DNA of 54,758 nucleotides, the filler included, from Sluysia triapertura (Eukaryota): the NCBI GenBank assembly GCA_046118255.1. It is 4 parts of 4 records of this genome, joined end to end, with 100 filler letters (N's around TTAATTAATTAA, not from the genome) between each part and the next. Parts side by side here need not be neighbours in the genome. Positions count along the whole stretch, not along the records: positions 12,449 to 29,298 come from JBJNIA010197041.1; positions 29,399 to 43,407 come from JBJNIA010010208.1; 2 more parts are not named here. The stretch is one strand, 5' to 3'. Each line of letters begins with the position of its first letter. The first letter of the stretch is position 1. Positions 24,690 through 39,100 of the stretch are shown here, piece by piece. Made by a program: the position numbers and the translations under genes. The notes under the pieces were generated by a model, which did not search any database, was not told where the DNA came from, and was given only the letters and a program-made list of their open reading frames with translations.

Positions 24690-25345
24690 TGTGGTGGCCA
24701 ACCTTATAGCTTTAATAAAACATACTAAAATCTCATAAATCTACAAAAATAAAATTTTACTTCTCAAAACGCCTTAAGTCTGTAAATTCATAATAAAGAA
24801 CACCACCAACTCATAGCAAGAAATCCATCAAGAACACTTATCCAACACCTTACAACATCCAAATCACAATAAAGCTTTAAACCATCAAAACACATTAAAT
24901 TTTAATTCAGATATTTTATTTTACATCTTTTCATCCCAAACAACTTAATTACGTCAACATTCACAACCAAACGCCATCATTACTCACTCTAACGTCTACC
25001 TTATTCCAGGTTTTCATTCCAAAACTATCTATACATTAATATTATTTCAGCCAGAATTTCAGAAACAATCATACAAAAGAATGTAAAATCACAAAGGAAA
25101 ACAATATCGCGTTAAATTCACAAAACCGAAAGTTTTCTGCATTTCTTCAACCCAGATATGTTAAGTAACATAAAGCAAAGCAAAGAAAGATTGTGTATAA
25201 CATCTAAAAGCAATAAAATTATGCATTTTCTTTTCTTGGGAATATTTTCGAAACAATATTTAAATAAGCTTTTATTTCATTAAATTTAATATGTCGAGAA
25301 AAGAGTAAAGATAAAAGAAAAGATCATGTTCATTTCTAGATACTA
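24690..25345 (+). repeat. TGTGGTGGCCAACC-family repeat, long copy
   Basis: Exact 14-mer at 24690-24703; distal similarity to 10850-10915. Confidence 0.8.
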
Positions 25346-25619
25346 AAGTTTATATCAAAAACACTCAACTCTGGCTCCAACAAGTTCCTTAAATCACCAA
25401 TGGTTAAATTTGCTGGCACATTATGGGTAGATTTTCCTCTAAAATTTTTTCGCATTCTACTAATAGTTTTTGGGAATTCTTGAAATGTTTTAATTATATA
25501 AACAATGATGATACTAAAAATAATTAAAATAATAAAAAATAATTAAAGTAATAATAATTATAAAAGTAATAAAAATAATAAAAATTATAATAATAAAAAT
25601 AAAAATAATAATAATAATA

Positions 25620-25861
25620 ATAAAATAAAAAAGATGATAAAGGTGACATTGAGAATGATGATATTGATGGTGTGGATGGTAATCAGAGGGGAAGGAACTG
25701 TGATGTTGATACAAATGATTTTAGTGTGAGGTTTGGAGTTTGGAGAGCATGATTTATAAGTTTATGTTAATGTGGGAAAGTAACAGCGAAGTGAATAGGT
25801 TAAATATGAAATTTTATAAATTTTTGAGGGTGACGAAATTATGAAGATAGGAGTGACACCA
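25620..25861 (-). repeat. TGTGGTG-family repeat, divergent inverted copy
   Basis: G/T-rich plus strand ending GGAGTGACACCA. Confidence 0.5.
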
Positions 25862-25899
25862 AGGACCGTAACAGGCTAACTCAAAATACAAAGAAAAAA

Positions 25900-26050
25900 T
25901 ACAATTTTGCTTAGATTGAAATATCGATTACATATTTCTTTCGAGAATTACATGACTACTTTTAAGTATACGACGTCTTCTTCGTAGATTAAGTCATACT
26001 TATTAGGCGAAAGGACTTCCAGACATTTTGTTAAGGTGTAATTTAAGCTT
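25900..26050 (+). mobile_element. Possible LINE RT relic
   Basis: IDYIFLSR...VFFVD resembles the ST.D.IF / .FVD RT motifs; very degraded. Confidence 0.3.
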
Positions 26051-28829
26051 TTCATAGTAAAACACTTGCACTATCATAAAAAAAAGTTTAACAAATTATT
26101 TTATTCAGACGTTTACATCAATTTATAATTAATTTAATTTTTTTTGAATAACTATAGTTAAATATAATGTATTTTAATTCAAAAATTAGAGTTAACATTC
26201 TTATTGTTAGAGCATTACTTTGTCAATAAAGATAAAATAACAATAATAATAATTATTATAATAGAAATAGTAATTGTAAATAATAATAAGTAATTATATA
26301 ATAAATTCTAAGTAAGTGTAATAATCATTTTAATAATAAAATAATAAAACATAATAATAATAAATTAATTAATAAATAATTATGTTTTAAAAAGCCTACA
26401 ATCATTGTTATGTTACTGGCGTTTTTATTTGTTACAATTACAATTATTTTTTGAAGGAATACTTTTAACTGAGTGTTTGGTTGTTAATGAATTTTTAGTT
26501 AAAAACGTAGCGTTTTCTAATAGAAAATTAATAAAGGGAATTTACAAAATTAATAAAATGAATTTACAGGATTGATAAAGTTGGATCAATTTGTTAACAG
26601 GTGAATCAGTTTATAATTAATATACAACTACGTGAACCGTCGAATAATCGAAGATTAACATTTAAATTTAGAAATATTTGAATTATTTTATCGAGATTTT
26701 TCTACGTTTATAATTGTAAATTTAAGCTTTTTACAGAAGACACATTGCCTATAAAATATGTCTAAAATATTGATTATTAATATTAAGATTAAGAGATACT
26801 TTTATTATTATTGTTCATTATTATTGTTCACACTTATTTTATTTTTTTGAATAATTATTGAAAAAATAAATTAGTAATTTCATTGCATTTATAAGAAATA
26901 TACTATTTTCTAAATTAGCTTTTTGCGCATGAAATAAGAGACAATCTCAGTTTTAAAATTTTAGATCCTCGAATGAAAATAATGGTGTATATAAGTAAGA
27001 TCATAAGTCACCAACTATAGGTGTATCCTTTAAATCTATTTTGTGGAGATATTTTTAATATAAAACATTCACATTAAGGATGTATTTAAAGGAGTTAGAG
27101 AGAAAACATATAATAATAAAACGTTTTAAAGTAACGGTGATTATCCAACTTCAAAATGAATTTTATCATTTTTCTTATATCTTCAGACATAACTTTAAAC
27201 AAGTTCTTAGCTTTAGTATATTGAAAAACCTTTTCATGTATTAGAAATTTTTAAATTCAATTATTTTCTTACTGATGATTTCGTTTACTATCGATATTAA
27301 CAACTATACCTGGCATTAAATGTTTTTTTGTATAATCTACAGAACTTAAATTTGATTACCGTATTATTGTGAATATATCTGATTGCATCGCTTTTTATAA
27401 AAATACAGTAAACAGTATACATTATTTATGTATGTAAACAGAATATATGGGGAATGTCTCAATATATTCAATATTTAGTCATTTTATTTATAACAAAAGG
27501 TACCCAGTTTTGAATCAAAACTTCAGATACCACTTAGTATCCTACTGAGGTATCCAAGGAAGGCAGTATTAATTGTAATTTCAAATGTTATCTCTTTCCG
27601 ATGATTTTATTTATCTTTAACGAAGAAAAGTATTTCAACTGCAAAGCAATTTTCTTATATAGAAGATAAAACTTGGAAATTAATATCAAAATTTATAATA
27701 CTGGAGACATTAAATAAAATATTTGAAAGGTACAAAATTTAAAGTAATGACTGAAAAGTTGGACGCATGTTTCTATTTTATATAATTTAGTAGCCGATCG
27801 GTCGCATTCACATGTAATCTCGAAAATAATTGATTAATAACAATTTATTAAAAATTTTAGTGCTAAAAATTCGTTTAGGTCACTTTTTGTAAACTTTTAT
27901 ATGAAAGGAATAGTTTACTGCATTTAAAATATGTGCATCAATTTAAGATGTCTTATGATTACGCCCAGAACAAAACATTTAAAATATTTATATTTAATGT
28001 CGTGAGTCTTATACTGTTCAAGATAGAAATGCTTAATAGACAACATATAGTTTATTGCTTAAAAATTTCACTTAGGTTGAATCTTATACTGTCGGTATTG
28101 TATTTTCCTTTTACGAATCTAATCTCGGTATTTTGTGGAGCTTTACTTTGCTTTACCAAACACTTTGGTTTGTTTCACAACACCATATCTCGTTTCACAA
28201 CATTATCTTATTTCATAACATTCTCATTTTTATTTCGTGACAATCTTATAGCTTTATTTGATTTCGCGATAAAATACCTGTTGCAACTTTTATTTTATTT
28301 TAGAACTTCATTTTACTTTATTTTATTTTATAAGTTAACTTTGTTCTATAACTCTATACTCAATTCCTCCATACGTTACAAAGTTACAATAATTTATTTA
28401 TATTTAATGATTATTGTACGATATTGTGATCAATTAATTTCAACACAGTAATTATTTTTATAACTAATAAAAGAAAATTCGAGTATTAATGTTACAAGAT
28501 TAACAAAACAAAATTACTTTGTTTAAAATCAATGATAACGATGGAATCGTAGTTTTAATCTTTTCATCAGGATAACGTACAAATTAATGATGTCCTTCGC
28601 AATAGTTTAATAGCAATTGCGTTTTGATCTTTAGATATTCTAGTATTTAAATCATAACTCCACATTTAATTGTATAAGGAGAAAAATTTCACAAAATAAA
28701 TCATATATTTATATTGTTCAAAATCATATACATTGAAAATGTTATGCTGTCCAAAATATTTTATAATACACAAAAAAATCATATACAGAGAGAATTTCAC
28801 ATACGCGATAATACTAATCCTAATTTTTT

Positions 28830-29095
28830 AAATTAATTTTTAGTTTTAATGTTATTAAATTTTGACTGTTTCTAGATATTGTTTTTAAAATGATTTTGAT
28901 CGAATATTATGCTCTTAAAATTTAATTTTATATTATTTCTATCTTAATTTAAAATGATTTTATAGCAGAGTTTAATGTTTATAAATTTTAATTTTATATT
29001 ACTTACTATACAATCAACTATGATAGTAAGGTTTAATGTTTATAAACTTTGATTTCAAACTATTTTTATAGAATTTCAATTTAAAATGGTTTTAT
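28830..29095 (-). repeat. Degenerate AT-rich tandem repeat, same family as 39380-39830
   Basis: Reverse complement contains AGATAGAAATAATATAAAATTAAATTTTAAGAGCATAATATTCGATCAAAATCATTTTAAAA, nearly identical to 39551-39612. Confidence 0.75.
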
Positions 29096-29298
29096 TTTAT
29101 TTTACATATTATAAGTATTATATTATATTATATTATATTTGTAGTGGTCAACATTAATAACTTAAATTTAAATCCAACAATTATAAATCTAATCTCATTA
29201 AAATATAATTTTCTCAACAACCATACTTTTATTTTACAATTACATCACTATAAACATCATAAAACAACATTCTACAATCACAACACCTCACTAACTTA

Positions 29299-29398
29299 NN
29301 NNNNNNNNNNNNNNNNNNNNNNNNNNNNNNNNNNNNNNNNNNTTAATTAATTAANNNNNNNNNNNNNNNNNNNNNNNNNNNNNNNNNNNNNNNNNNNN
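29299..29398. other. Artificial scaffold spacer N44-TTAATTAATTAA-N44
   Basis: Same as 12349. Confidence 0.97.

Positions 29399-29470
<72 letters not shown>
29399..29470. repeat. (TTA)n microsatellite
   Basis: Direct inspection. Confidence 0.95.
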
Positions 29471-29582
29471 GCATTCTCTACTGGAAATAATGCAGATCTT
29501 TTTTCAAGGGAAATAAGTGTATTGATTTTAGTTACTTATAATAGTAAATAGTACATAATTATTAAAACATAATTTCATTTAG

Positions 29583-32500
29583 AGAATTAAAGACAAATCA
29601 CGTTACTTCGACAACTGGAAACATTATCATATCATATTCGATAATTATTTAAGTCATCCAGCATCCAGTGTTCGCTTGGAAGCTAGTAATCTTTATAAAT
29701 ATGCAGGTAATAAATTTAGTATCATCACTATTGTTGTTTTTAATTGCAGTATCTCAAGCCATTAATACTCCATGTGTCGTCAATAATATTCTAAGTTATC
29801 TTATATCACCATGGATACCGAATCAAAGTGTTATTTTGTCTAATATCCACTCTGCTGTTCATAATACAGACACGGGACTAATTCGCCGACCTTCTATTGC
29901 AAAGTTTTCCGAGTCTCCAGGTTAGATTGGATTATAATTATTATTAGTTATAAAATTATAAATTATAAATCAAAATAATCTGAAAATAAAATTATAAATA
30001 AAAATAGAAATTCTTGAATCTTCTTATGATAATATACACTTAACGAAACCTATAGGTCGCAATAGACAGTAAGAAAGTTCTACATAATCCTGTGTCGTAG
30101 AAGCCAAAAGAAAAGAATTCTAAAAGTAGCTTTTCTAAACTTTCTTTTTAATAATATTATCAGGGCCGGATCCAGGGTTTTGAGCACCGGGGCAGAACAA
30201 AATTTGGTGTCATTTCATGCAAGAATAAACGAAAGGCAAAAAAAATCACAATTACACAATTTATTTAAAAAATAATACAATAGTTATTTACTTACAAGCG
30301 ATATAACACATGAAATAGCATAATGAGCGCATTTGAAGTTTGAGCGAGAACTTTGAAAAGTAAATCATGCATACGAGTGGCATACAAGATTTTTCATAAT
30401 GCTATTTGTCAAAAATTCAATAACATAGTTAATTAAATTAATGTTTTTGAAAATCAGTTTGTAAACAGTTTACAATATTAAAATAATTAGCGTTGTGACC
30501 TTTATTTGGTATTTTTAAAGAAAAAAATTTATTGCTTGCTAAAAAAATCGATGTCTCATGAAAAATGATCGATTTTAATTTATCAAATCTAAAAAAATAT
30601 TTTATTTTTATATCAGCGTCCCGGGCAGTCCTTTTTATTCGGCGTTGGATATTATCTGTGTAAATATTTTCCATAATTTTACTTGATTTGTATTGATGAC
30701 TGTAATAAGTAAGATATTACATGAAAAAAATAATGCAGAAAATATTCCAGATGATGTAAGACCATCATTAATTAATTTTTCTTCTTCTTTATTTTATTTA
30801 TTTAAATGTTTCAAGTTTTATTTATTTATATTTAGTCAACCAAAAAGTGAGCCAATCAGGTCAGTTTAATTTAATATTAACCAATAATATGCTGATAATA
30901 TACTATAAAAAATCGCAGTTAAATATAGCGATTCTTTGTTTATTTTTTGTTAGTTTTGTTTATTTTCCAGAAGAACGGCCCATGTCCTGGGAATGGAGAG
31001 AGGGTCGGCTGCTTGTTTACGAATTGGTTTCCCAGTTACTGATCAAGAACCACATTTGGTATACCTTCGGGGGACACAGGACTAATGCTGAGTTAACTGC
31101 TGCATCTGGTATTACTGCTGCTGTGATTGATGATCGGAATAAAAGCGGTCTTAGTCAAACTGTTCAATCAGTGGACAGATGGAGTCATAGTTTACAGTCT
31201 GCCAATGAAATTTATGATAGAAATTCACTGATTATGAATGGTGGTAGTGCAACGATGACTCATTCAGATGACGATTTCAACAGTGTGGCCAGCCAATCGT
31301 GTTCGTATCTAACTTTTCCAAATATTGATATAATAATTGATATAATAATCATCCTGTTGACTACTACAATCAAAAAGGAGCATGGATGGATAGAAGAGTC
31401 TTTAATATTTGTTTAAAAGTATATGGGTCCCAGAAATTTGAGTTTTGAGGATTGTCACAGAAGGCAGTACTGTTATTAGATCATGCTCCTTGTCATCCAA
31501 ATGAAAGCTTACTGAAAACAGACGACGACCTTATAGTTGCAAAATTTTTACAACCTAATGTAACATCTTTAATTCAACCTATGGATCAAGGAGTTACCTC
31601 TTTAATGAAACGCCATTATGGCAATGATCTTCTTAGAAGCTTTTTCAACGAGAATGACGATGGAATGAATTTATGGAAAAAATGACAATGTTGGATGCAA
31701 TATTGTTAAATCTTGGAACAAAATTAAGCCAATAACACTAGTTCAATCGTGGTTGAAAATATTTGTCAAATGTAGAAAGTATTGTTTCGGACTCTATCGA
31801 ACCTGAAATATGAAACATTTCAGAATTATGTGAACTAATAAAAGAGTTAAATGGCTTTGAAAATGTTGATGACCAAAATATTGAGAAATGGATGGAATTT
31901 GATTCATCTGATTCAGGATTCCAGATACAGAGTGACACGGATCTTATTTCAAATCTAATTTCAAATCCAAATGAAAATGAAAATGAGACAGAAAGTGATA
32001 TATTACCAATCGTATTAGTCACTGACTTCTGTGGATAGTTTACTAGAATACGTCGATCAATGGAGCTTCGACTATAACGATGTAATATCTTCAAGAAAAA
32101 TTCGAGATGTTATTAAAAAGTCATTGAGAAATTTACTTAAACAAACCAAAATTATCGATTTTTTAATAAAGCATTGAATGTATTTTCATTGTCTTTGTAT
32201 TGCACTAGTATTTTTATTATTATTTTGCGAATTGTCCATGTTTTTCGATTATCCCTGCCAACCCTCACTATCATTATCCCGAATAATCTGGAGTTTACCG
32301 ACTTGATATTTACATTTTTTACACTGTAATTATTATTAGACAGCATGGAATTTATTATCATTATTATTATTATTATCATTATTATTATTATTATCATTAT
32401 TATTATTTATTGATTTTGTGTTTAGTAAATGTCAGTGGTACTAGTATTAGTGGTTCTGCAACAGCCAATAGAAATCCGTCTAAATATACACAAACCAATA

Positions 32501-35500
32501 AAAGTAATGCCGAAGATGCATCTCGATTATTTACAAAAAGTTTAAATTTTCATCCACTATCACATATGTATCATACCAGACGACCAACTGTTCCCACGGC
32601 CACCAATCATAAGCTTGCAGGGATACTTTCAACGAATCAGAATCAAAGAGCAGTTAGAATTCAATGTTTTGTTTTGTATTGTATATAAATAAACATTCTC
32701 TTTTAATTACTGAAGTCATGAACAAATCATGAGATTCGAAGGGTTTTGGTTCATTTGACAGTGTCGATAAATGAAATCGAGTATAAAGATACATGCCATT
32801 GTTTAGTATATAAGGGTTTATTGTTCACTCAAATGGTATAAAACTGATGCTTCAAACTGTTATTTAGATGTCATACGATTTTGTATATATTCCTCTGCAA
32901 TTAGTGGTTAGAAATACATGCTAAGTTATGCAATGCTTGCGTTAATGCTTCAAACAATAATGGCGTATTGAGATATAGTGCAGTAAAAATGATTTCAGAT
33001 AATAATGATAATAATTATAATTATAAAAATAATTATAATGATTATAATAATGCTAATTATAATGATAATAATAATAAAGAGTGTACAACCAGACTTAACA
33101 TCAACAATTATACATATGTTATAACGCTTGGATAATGCAGAAAATAAGATTTATTAAAATAAATCCATACATATTTATTTAATTTTGATTTAGATGCGGC
33201 GATTAAGTATGGATCTATCAAAACCGATTTTAAGTGTGGTTGATAAGTTAGTGTAGAACTATATTTTATTTTAAGTTAACCTTTTGTTATATCTCTCTCA
33301 TTAAAACGTTAGATTCAAAGAATGTCTTCATTGATTGAAGATAAAGAAGAAGGGTTTGTCTCTACTTAAATTGACCTTTTTCTGGAATAACGTATTATTC
33401 ATTATTCTAATACAATGTTAAAAGAGAAATATTCGAATTATTATCGAAAATAAAGAAACTGTTCTATATTTTTGTTGTAATGCTTCAATTGTTTATTTAA
33501 TTGACACGAATAATTTGTTTCGACATTATTGTTTAGATGGAGTCACACAGTAGTAGAGAGAAGGTTTAATAGAATGTATAGTATAATATTACAAGAAGTA
33601 ATAATAATAGAAGGTAAAATTAATATGTATTTCAAATCCTCTAAACAGCTAAAAGATAAGAAATGTGGGGTAAAGGCCTAAAGTACCATGCAGAATTATG
33701 ATAGTAATATTGACTATAGTGAAATAAAATTGATATACGGGACGAATATTTCAGTGGTAAAGCATCTAACTGTGCAGCGAGAGGTTCCAGGTTTGATCCC
33801 TGGTTAGTAACATTTATATAAAGTTGAGGATTTATATGATTGTTAGCTTCTATGTTGAATTGATGCTTGTGATCGATGTTCTAATGTAAAAGCAAACTGT
33901 AAGAATTCGTAATTCGTTTGTTACGAACTGTAATTACGTACAGGCTTGAATGTTTCGAAAGATAATTGACTATGGTGAATGTAAACTAAAGATATCTTAA
34001 TGTGATGTTAGCGTTTCTCAGATCCTTAGAAGTAAGATACATGTAAGTAGTTTTATAGAAATGTAAGCGATCGGTAGATGAGTGGATATCTTGGTTTATA
34101 AGATAATAGCTAGGAAAATAAGTCAAAAATAAAGGTTTATCTTCGAAGATGTAATGATGTTTTGGTTTATTGTTTGTTTCTTTAATTTCAGATTGTCTAA
34201 TATAAAACCATTTCGAGAGCTTGGAAGATTTGGATCTGGACGAAGAATGTCGGCAGATAATTCCAGATCTGCTGTGGAAAATAGGTCGTTTCTAGTTCAA
34301 GTTAAAGAATTGGAAGATATAAATAATGTTAGTTTTACTTTCTGACGATTTTTATGGAAACAAAATGAAAATCGAAACAGCAAATGGGAAGAATTACTTG
34401 AAAGACAACTGGAATAGGGAAAGAATTCACTCAATATGACAATCTTGAAAGTTGAGTCTTAGATCTTAATTGCCTTTCCTAATAGGATTGGTTCCAATTA
34501 AAAGGCTCCAGTACTGAAACTTCATTTTCTCATGTTAAAAACCCTTTACTAAACACTGCGACTAAATAACTTATAATATTTAGAAAAAGCAGTTGCAAGA
34601 ACGTTCTGGTTCTTTAGCTGTTTGTCTTCAATCATGTAATTTCAACAATTCCTCGTCAAGTCCAAGTGTGACTCCAGATCACATCGTTAGCATCAATACC
34701 GGTTCTACTATTTCCAACTTTAACATTTCATCATCATTCTCCACTATTCTTAGTCGTATGCTTCATACCACCGCTGAATGCTTGGTAGATCCACGTTGGG
34801 AACTTCGACGAATGGCTCGACAATCTTTGCCATCTCTTCTACAATTATCCCGATGGCTCGATCCAGCCGGTTCATTGTGTGCTGCAATACATACGCATTT
34901 GACAGCATCACCTTCTGTGATGACATACGTCGCTTTGATGAGCTTACATGACACATTGGTACACACTTTTCGGCTGAGCCAACAATATTGTCTAGAAGGT
35001 CAGTACACTTTGTGGCAAGTAAGTTTTTGCATTATAACTAATATTCAAAGTTTTCAATTTCTCAATTTCAATTACAACAAAAGAAAATATGAAATAATTT
35101 TTCTTCAATATGATTACTTTTTAATAATTAGCTACTTACAAATATAAATAGTATAATTTTATTAATGTTTTCCATTTCAGCCAATTATAGCTCAATCTAT
35201 TGTAGATACACTGATACAAACTGTACATCGAAATTTACCAATATGGATACGATCTTGTCAGTTTTATTCCGACAGAGCATCGTCCGATGATTCATCGATA
35301 ATCGATTGTATAAGTGCACAAAGTGTTCGCATTATTATGTGTGTTCTGGTTCACAATCGCCATCTGTGTTGTTCATCAGAAATTCGTGTAAACGATTTAG
35401 TGTTCAGTTTAGTAAATTTGTTGAAGCAGCTTGACACTAGTGTTAAATCGCACGGTTCACGTGGTCCTAAAGTATTTCATTTCGATATATATCCCAGGTA

Positions 35501-36096
35501 ATTGTGACGCATTCATTTATAGTAGTACAAATAGCAAAGAAAATGATCCATTATTACAATTAGTTTGTATTTTCAGTATCCAATCGGGGACATTGCATTC
35601 GGAGAATGTAGCTTTGGAATTTTTAGTTCAACTGTTAGAATCAATTAATTCAGATATGATTGGTTGGCTGGAAGCTATTTTAATTGAATTACAGCAGCCA
35701 ATTATAAATCAGGAAGATAGCACTAGTGTGAAAGTGGCCTCTTTATTGGTGGAATTATTACCAATTTATGTGTCATGGTTACAGCCCATTTCTTGTATGC
35801 GAGGGGACAATGTGAAGCATTTGAAAGAAGTTATAAAAGTGTAAATATTACATTTATTTAGTTTAAACTGTACTTATTGCAAAGACTAATAAACTGCACA
35901 TTTGTAAAATATTATTATTATTATTTGTTATTATTATCATTATTATTATTATTATTTCTATATAAAAATAAATTATTTAACTATTCCTCTCTTACATGTT
36001 CATATTTTTGTCGCCATCATCATCTTCTAAGTATTAGATTATGTACTGCTTTTTTAATCTAATATAAGTATGACGATCTATTAAATACACTAATAC

Positions 36097-36148
<52 letters not shown>

Positions 36149-39100
36149 TCATGTATTTTCTCTTTTTAGAATTTATCTGCTGTCAAATTTGACCTTGAAA
36201 CTAGTCATACTGAATTATTCATATCAACCAGAACTTTTAAAATCTATCAAAAAATTGGAATCTGTTATTACTAATTATGTAGATGACAGGGTTANNNNNN
36301 NNNNNNNNNNNNNNNNNNNNNNNNNNNNNNNNNNNNNNNNNNNNNNNNNNNNNNNNNNNNNNNNNNNNNNNNNNNNNNNNNNNNNNNNNNNNNNNNNNNN
36401 NNNNNNNNNNNNNNNNNNNNNNNNNNNNNNNNNNNNNNNNNNNNNNNNNNNNNNNNNNNNNNNNNNNNNNNNNNNNNNNNNNNNNNNNNNNNNNNNNNNN
36501 NNNNNNNNNNNNNNNNNNNNNNNNNNNNNNNNNNNNNNNNNNNNNNNNNNNNNNNNNNNNNNNNNNNNNNNNNNNNNNNNNNNNNNNNNNNNNNNNNNNN
36601 NNNNNNNNNNNNNNNNNNNNNNNNNNNNNNNNNNNNNNNNTACTATTATTAACATTATTATTATTTTCGAAATTATTGTCCTTATCACCAGTATTACTAT
36701 TATCATTATTATTACCATCATTATTATAATTGTCTTCGTCATTATTGTTATTATTATTATCCTTATTATTATATTCATTATTATTGTCATTATTACCATT
36801 ATTATCATTATCTTCATTATTATTAATATCTTCATTATTTTGATTATTATCATTATTTTCGTTATTATTGTCATTATTACCATTATTACTATTATCATTA
36901 TTATTATTATCTTCATTATTATTGTCATTACCATTATTGTTATTATCATTATTATTATCATTATTATTACCATTATTATCATCATTTGTTGATGTAATTT
37001 AAACCTTTTTCGTCACTTATGTACGACGAATATATTTGTTTTGCTTGGACCTAGTATCATAAATATGTGCGACATGTGTTCATTATCAATTTATGATAGT
37101 TGTTTGTACCAGGTCCCACAATGAACGAACGACACTTGATTTTCCTCTGACACCATGGTAACGAAAGGGTTAATGATGTGATTTTTTTTCCAAAGTTTCT
37201 ACTTCTAGGATTTTTATTTGAAATAGTAGAGGGTTTATTTTTTATGGAAAAAATGACGTATCTATAGGATTTTCCTGTAAATAAACCTATTTCTTGTTAT
37301 TCATGCCCACTTAAATTAAGATGCTATCTCATGTTACTTATCCTCTCGAGCCAAAATCAACTTATTATTATTTACAGAGTAATTATAACAATAAAGTGTG
37401 TGTGTGTGTGTGTGTGTGTAAATTCAAGTTTCTGTCGATCTAATGCTTTATTATTTTGTTCTGTTTGTAGAACATCAACCTACAGTGTTGGTGGATGATA
37501 CAGTTGTTGGAATTAGTGTTGTCATTTCAAACAGAAATTAATAACGTCATTAAAAGAACGAATTCCAGTATCACTACCATGGAAACAACGTCTTTATTCG
37601 TCTCCGTAATACATCGTATTCAGTCGGCAATTCGTGGTATGAATAGACGAGCTACATTAACAGATTTGAATATTATGGATCAAAATAACATACAACATGA
37701 TGATTCAATAAAACATTGCAACAGTTCCATTGTTGTGACTACTAAAAGTGGTTTGGATAGTAACAAGAAACGTAATAGTGTTGTATCAATTATTTCTAAT
37801 AATCCGAAAGATAATCATTGTAATTCTGAAATTGTTACTAGACAACAATCGCTTTATTTACCGTGGCGAAAGCAAAGCTCAATCAATATTGAATTGTTGT
37901 CAAGTCAAAGCAATGCTAGTCGTATTAGAAAAGGTGATATTAATGAATTGCGATATGTCAGTGATGAAGATGATGACGATGAAAATGATGAAGGTGATAA
38001 TGATGATGATGTTAATGGTGATGATGACCACAATTTTGATAATATTATGAATACATTTTCGGAAAAAGAACTGGATCATCGATTATCGTTATCGGGTTAG
38101 TGTTATGTTATGTTATGTAATCGAAATATATAAACTTTGCTGAATAATCGTTCAGTTTCAAAACTTAAATTCCTCCTTAAAAAATGTATTAGAGACATAT
38201 AGATTTAGAACAACTAATAACTTTATGTGATAGATAAACCTTTTCATGTGGACATCTATGTAACCATGAATTTATGTGGTATATTAATAAGTATATTTGA
38301 TTTACATTATGGCCAGATATTTGATAAAAATTACTGTTTACTTTACTCGCGCTCTCTTTGTTTGAATTGGTATGCATCGCTTTGATCGATTGAGTGTTTT
38401 ATAGAGTAGAATGAATAGTATATTAAATGCGGATTTGGTTTTAATTAATTGGTTCGTTTTTTATTATAGATTAGGTCGTTCTGATTGGTTGAGTGTTTTA
38501 TCTTGGTTAGAATGAGTATTAATTTTTAAAATATTTAATATTAATATAATAAGAATTTAATATAACACTCACTCTAACTAATAAAACACTCAACCAATCA
38601 GAACGATATATACCAATTAAAATTAAGCTCGCGCGGGTAAAATAGTAAAATAGATATCCTCTCATTCCCTCCCAAGATGAGGTAGTTTGGAGGTGTTTCA
38701 GCCCCTACTCCAATTATTTCTTTAGTTTTATTCTATAATAATTATCTATAGTTAATTTTTTATATGTCAACATTTTAACAAAATTTCATTAACTCACAAT
38801 TACAATATAAAATTTAATATTGTTATTATAATGCAAATTATTATTGTTATCGTGTTATCGTCGTCTAACTATTCTATTTTTATTACATACATTGCTAATG
38901 TAGTTAATGTTGTACCAGTTTTAATGTTATACCAATTTTAACTAACCATCTACTCGTAACATTGTAGATAATTCTATTTATATGGATCAGCCTTATTCGT
39001 TTTCTAATTTTCAGATTTTTATTAATTTCAGATGATATATTAATATAATAGAAATATAGTCACAATATACACATTTATATTTTGCCAATTGTATTATACA

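Noticed and set aside
27933-28451. 172-aa hydrophobic ORF
   Set aside because: GTG start, F/L/I composition expected from T-rich DNA, no motif or splice support.
36189-36992. Long Ile-rich membrane-protein ORFs
   Set aside because: Products of an N gap plus an (ATT)n tract; only 36170-36290 is a real exon.
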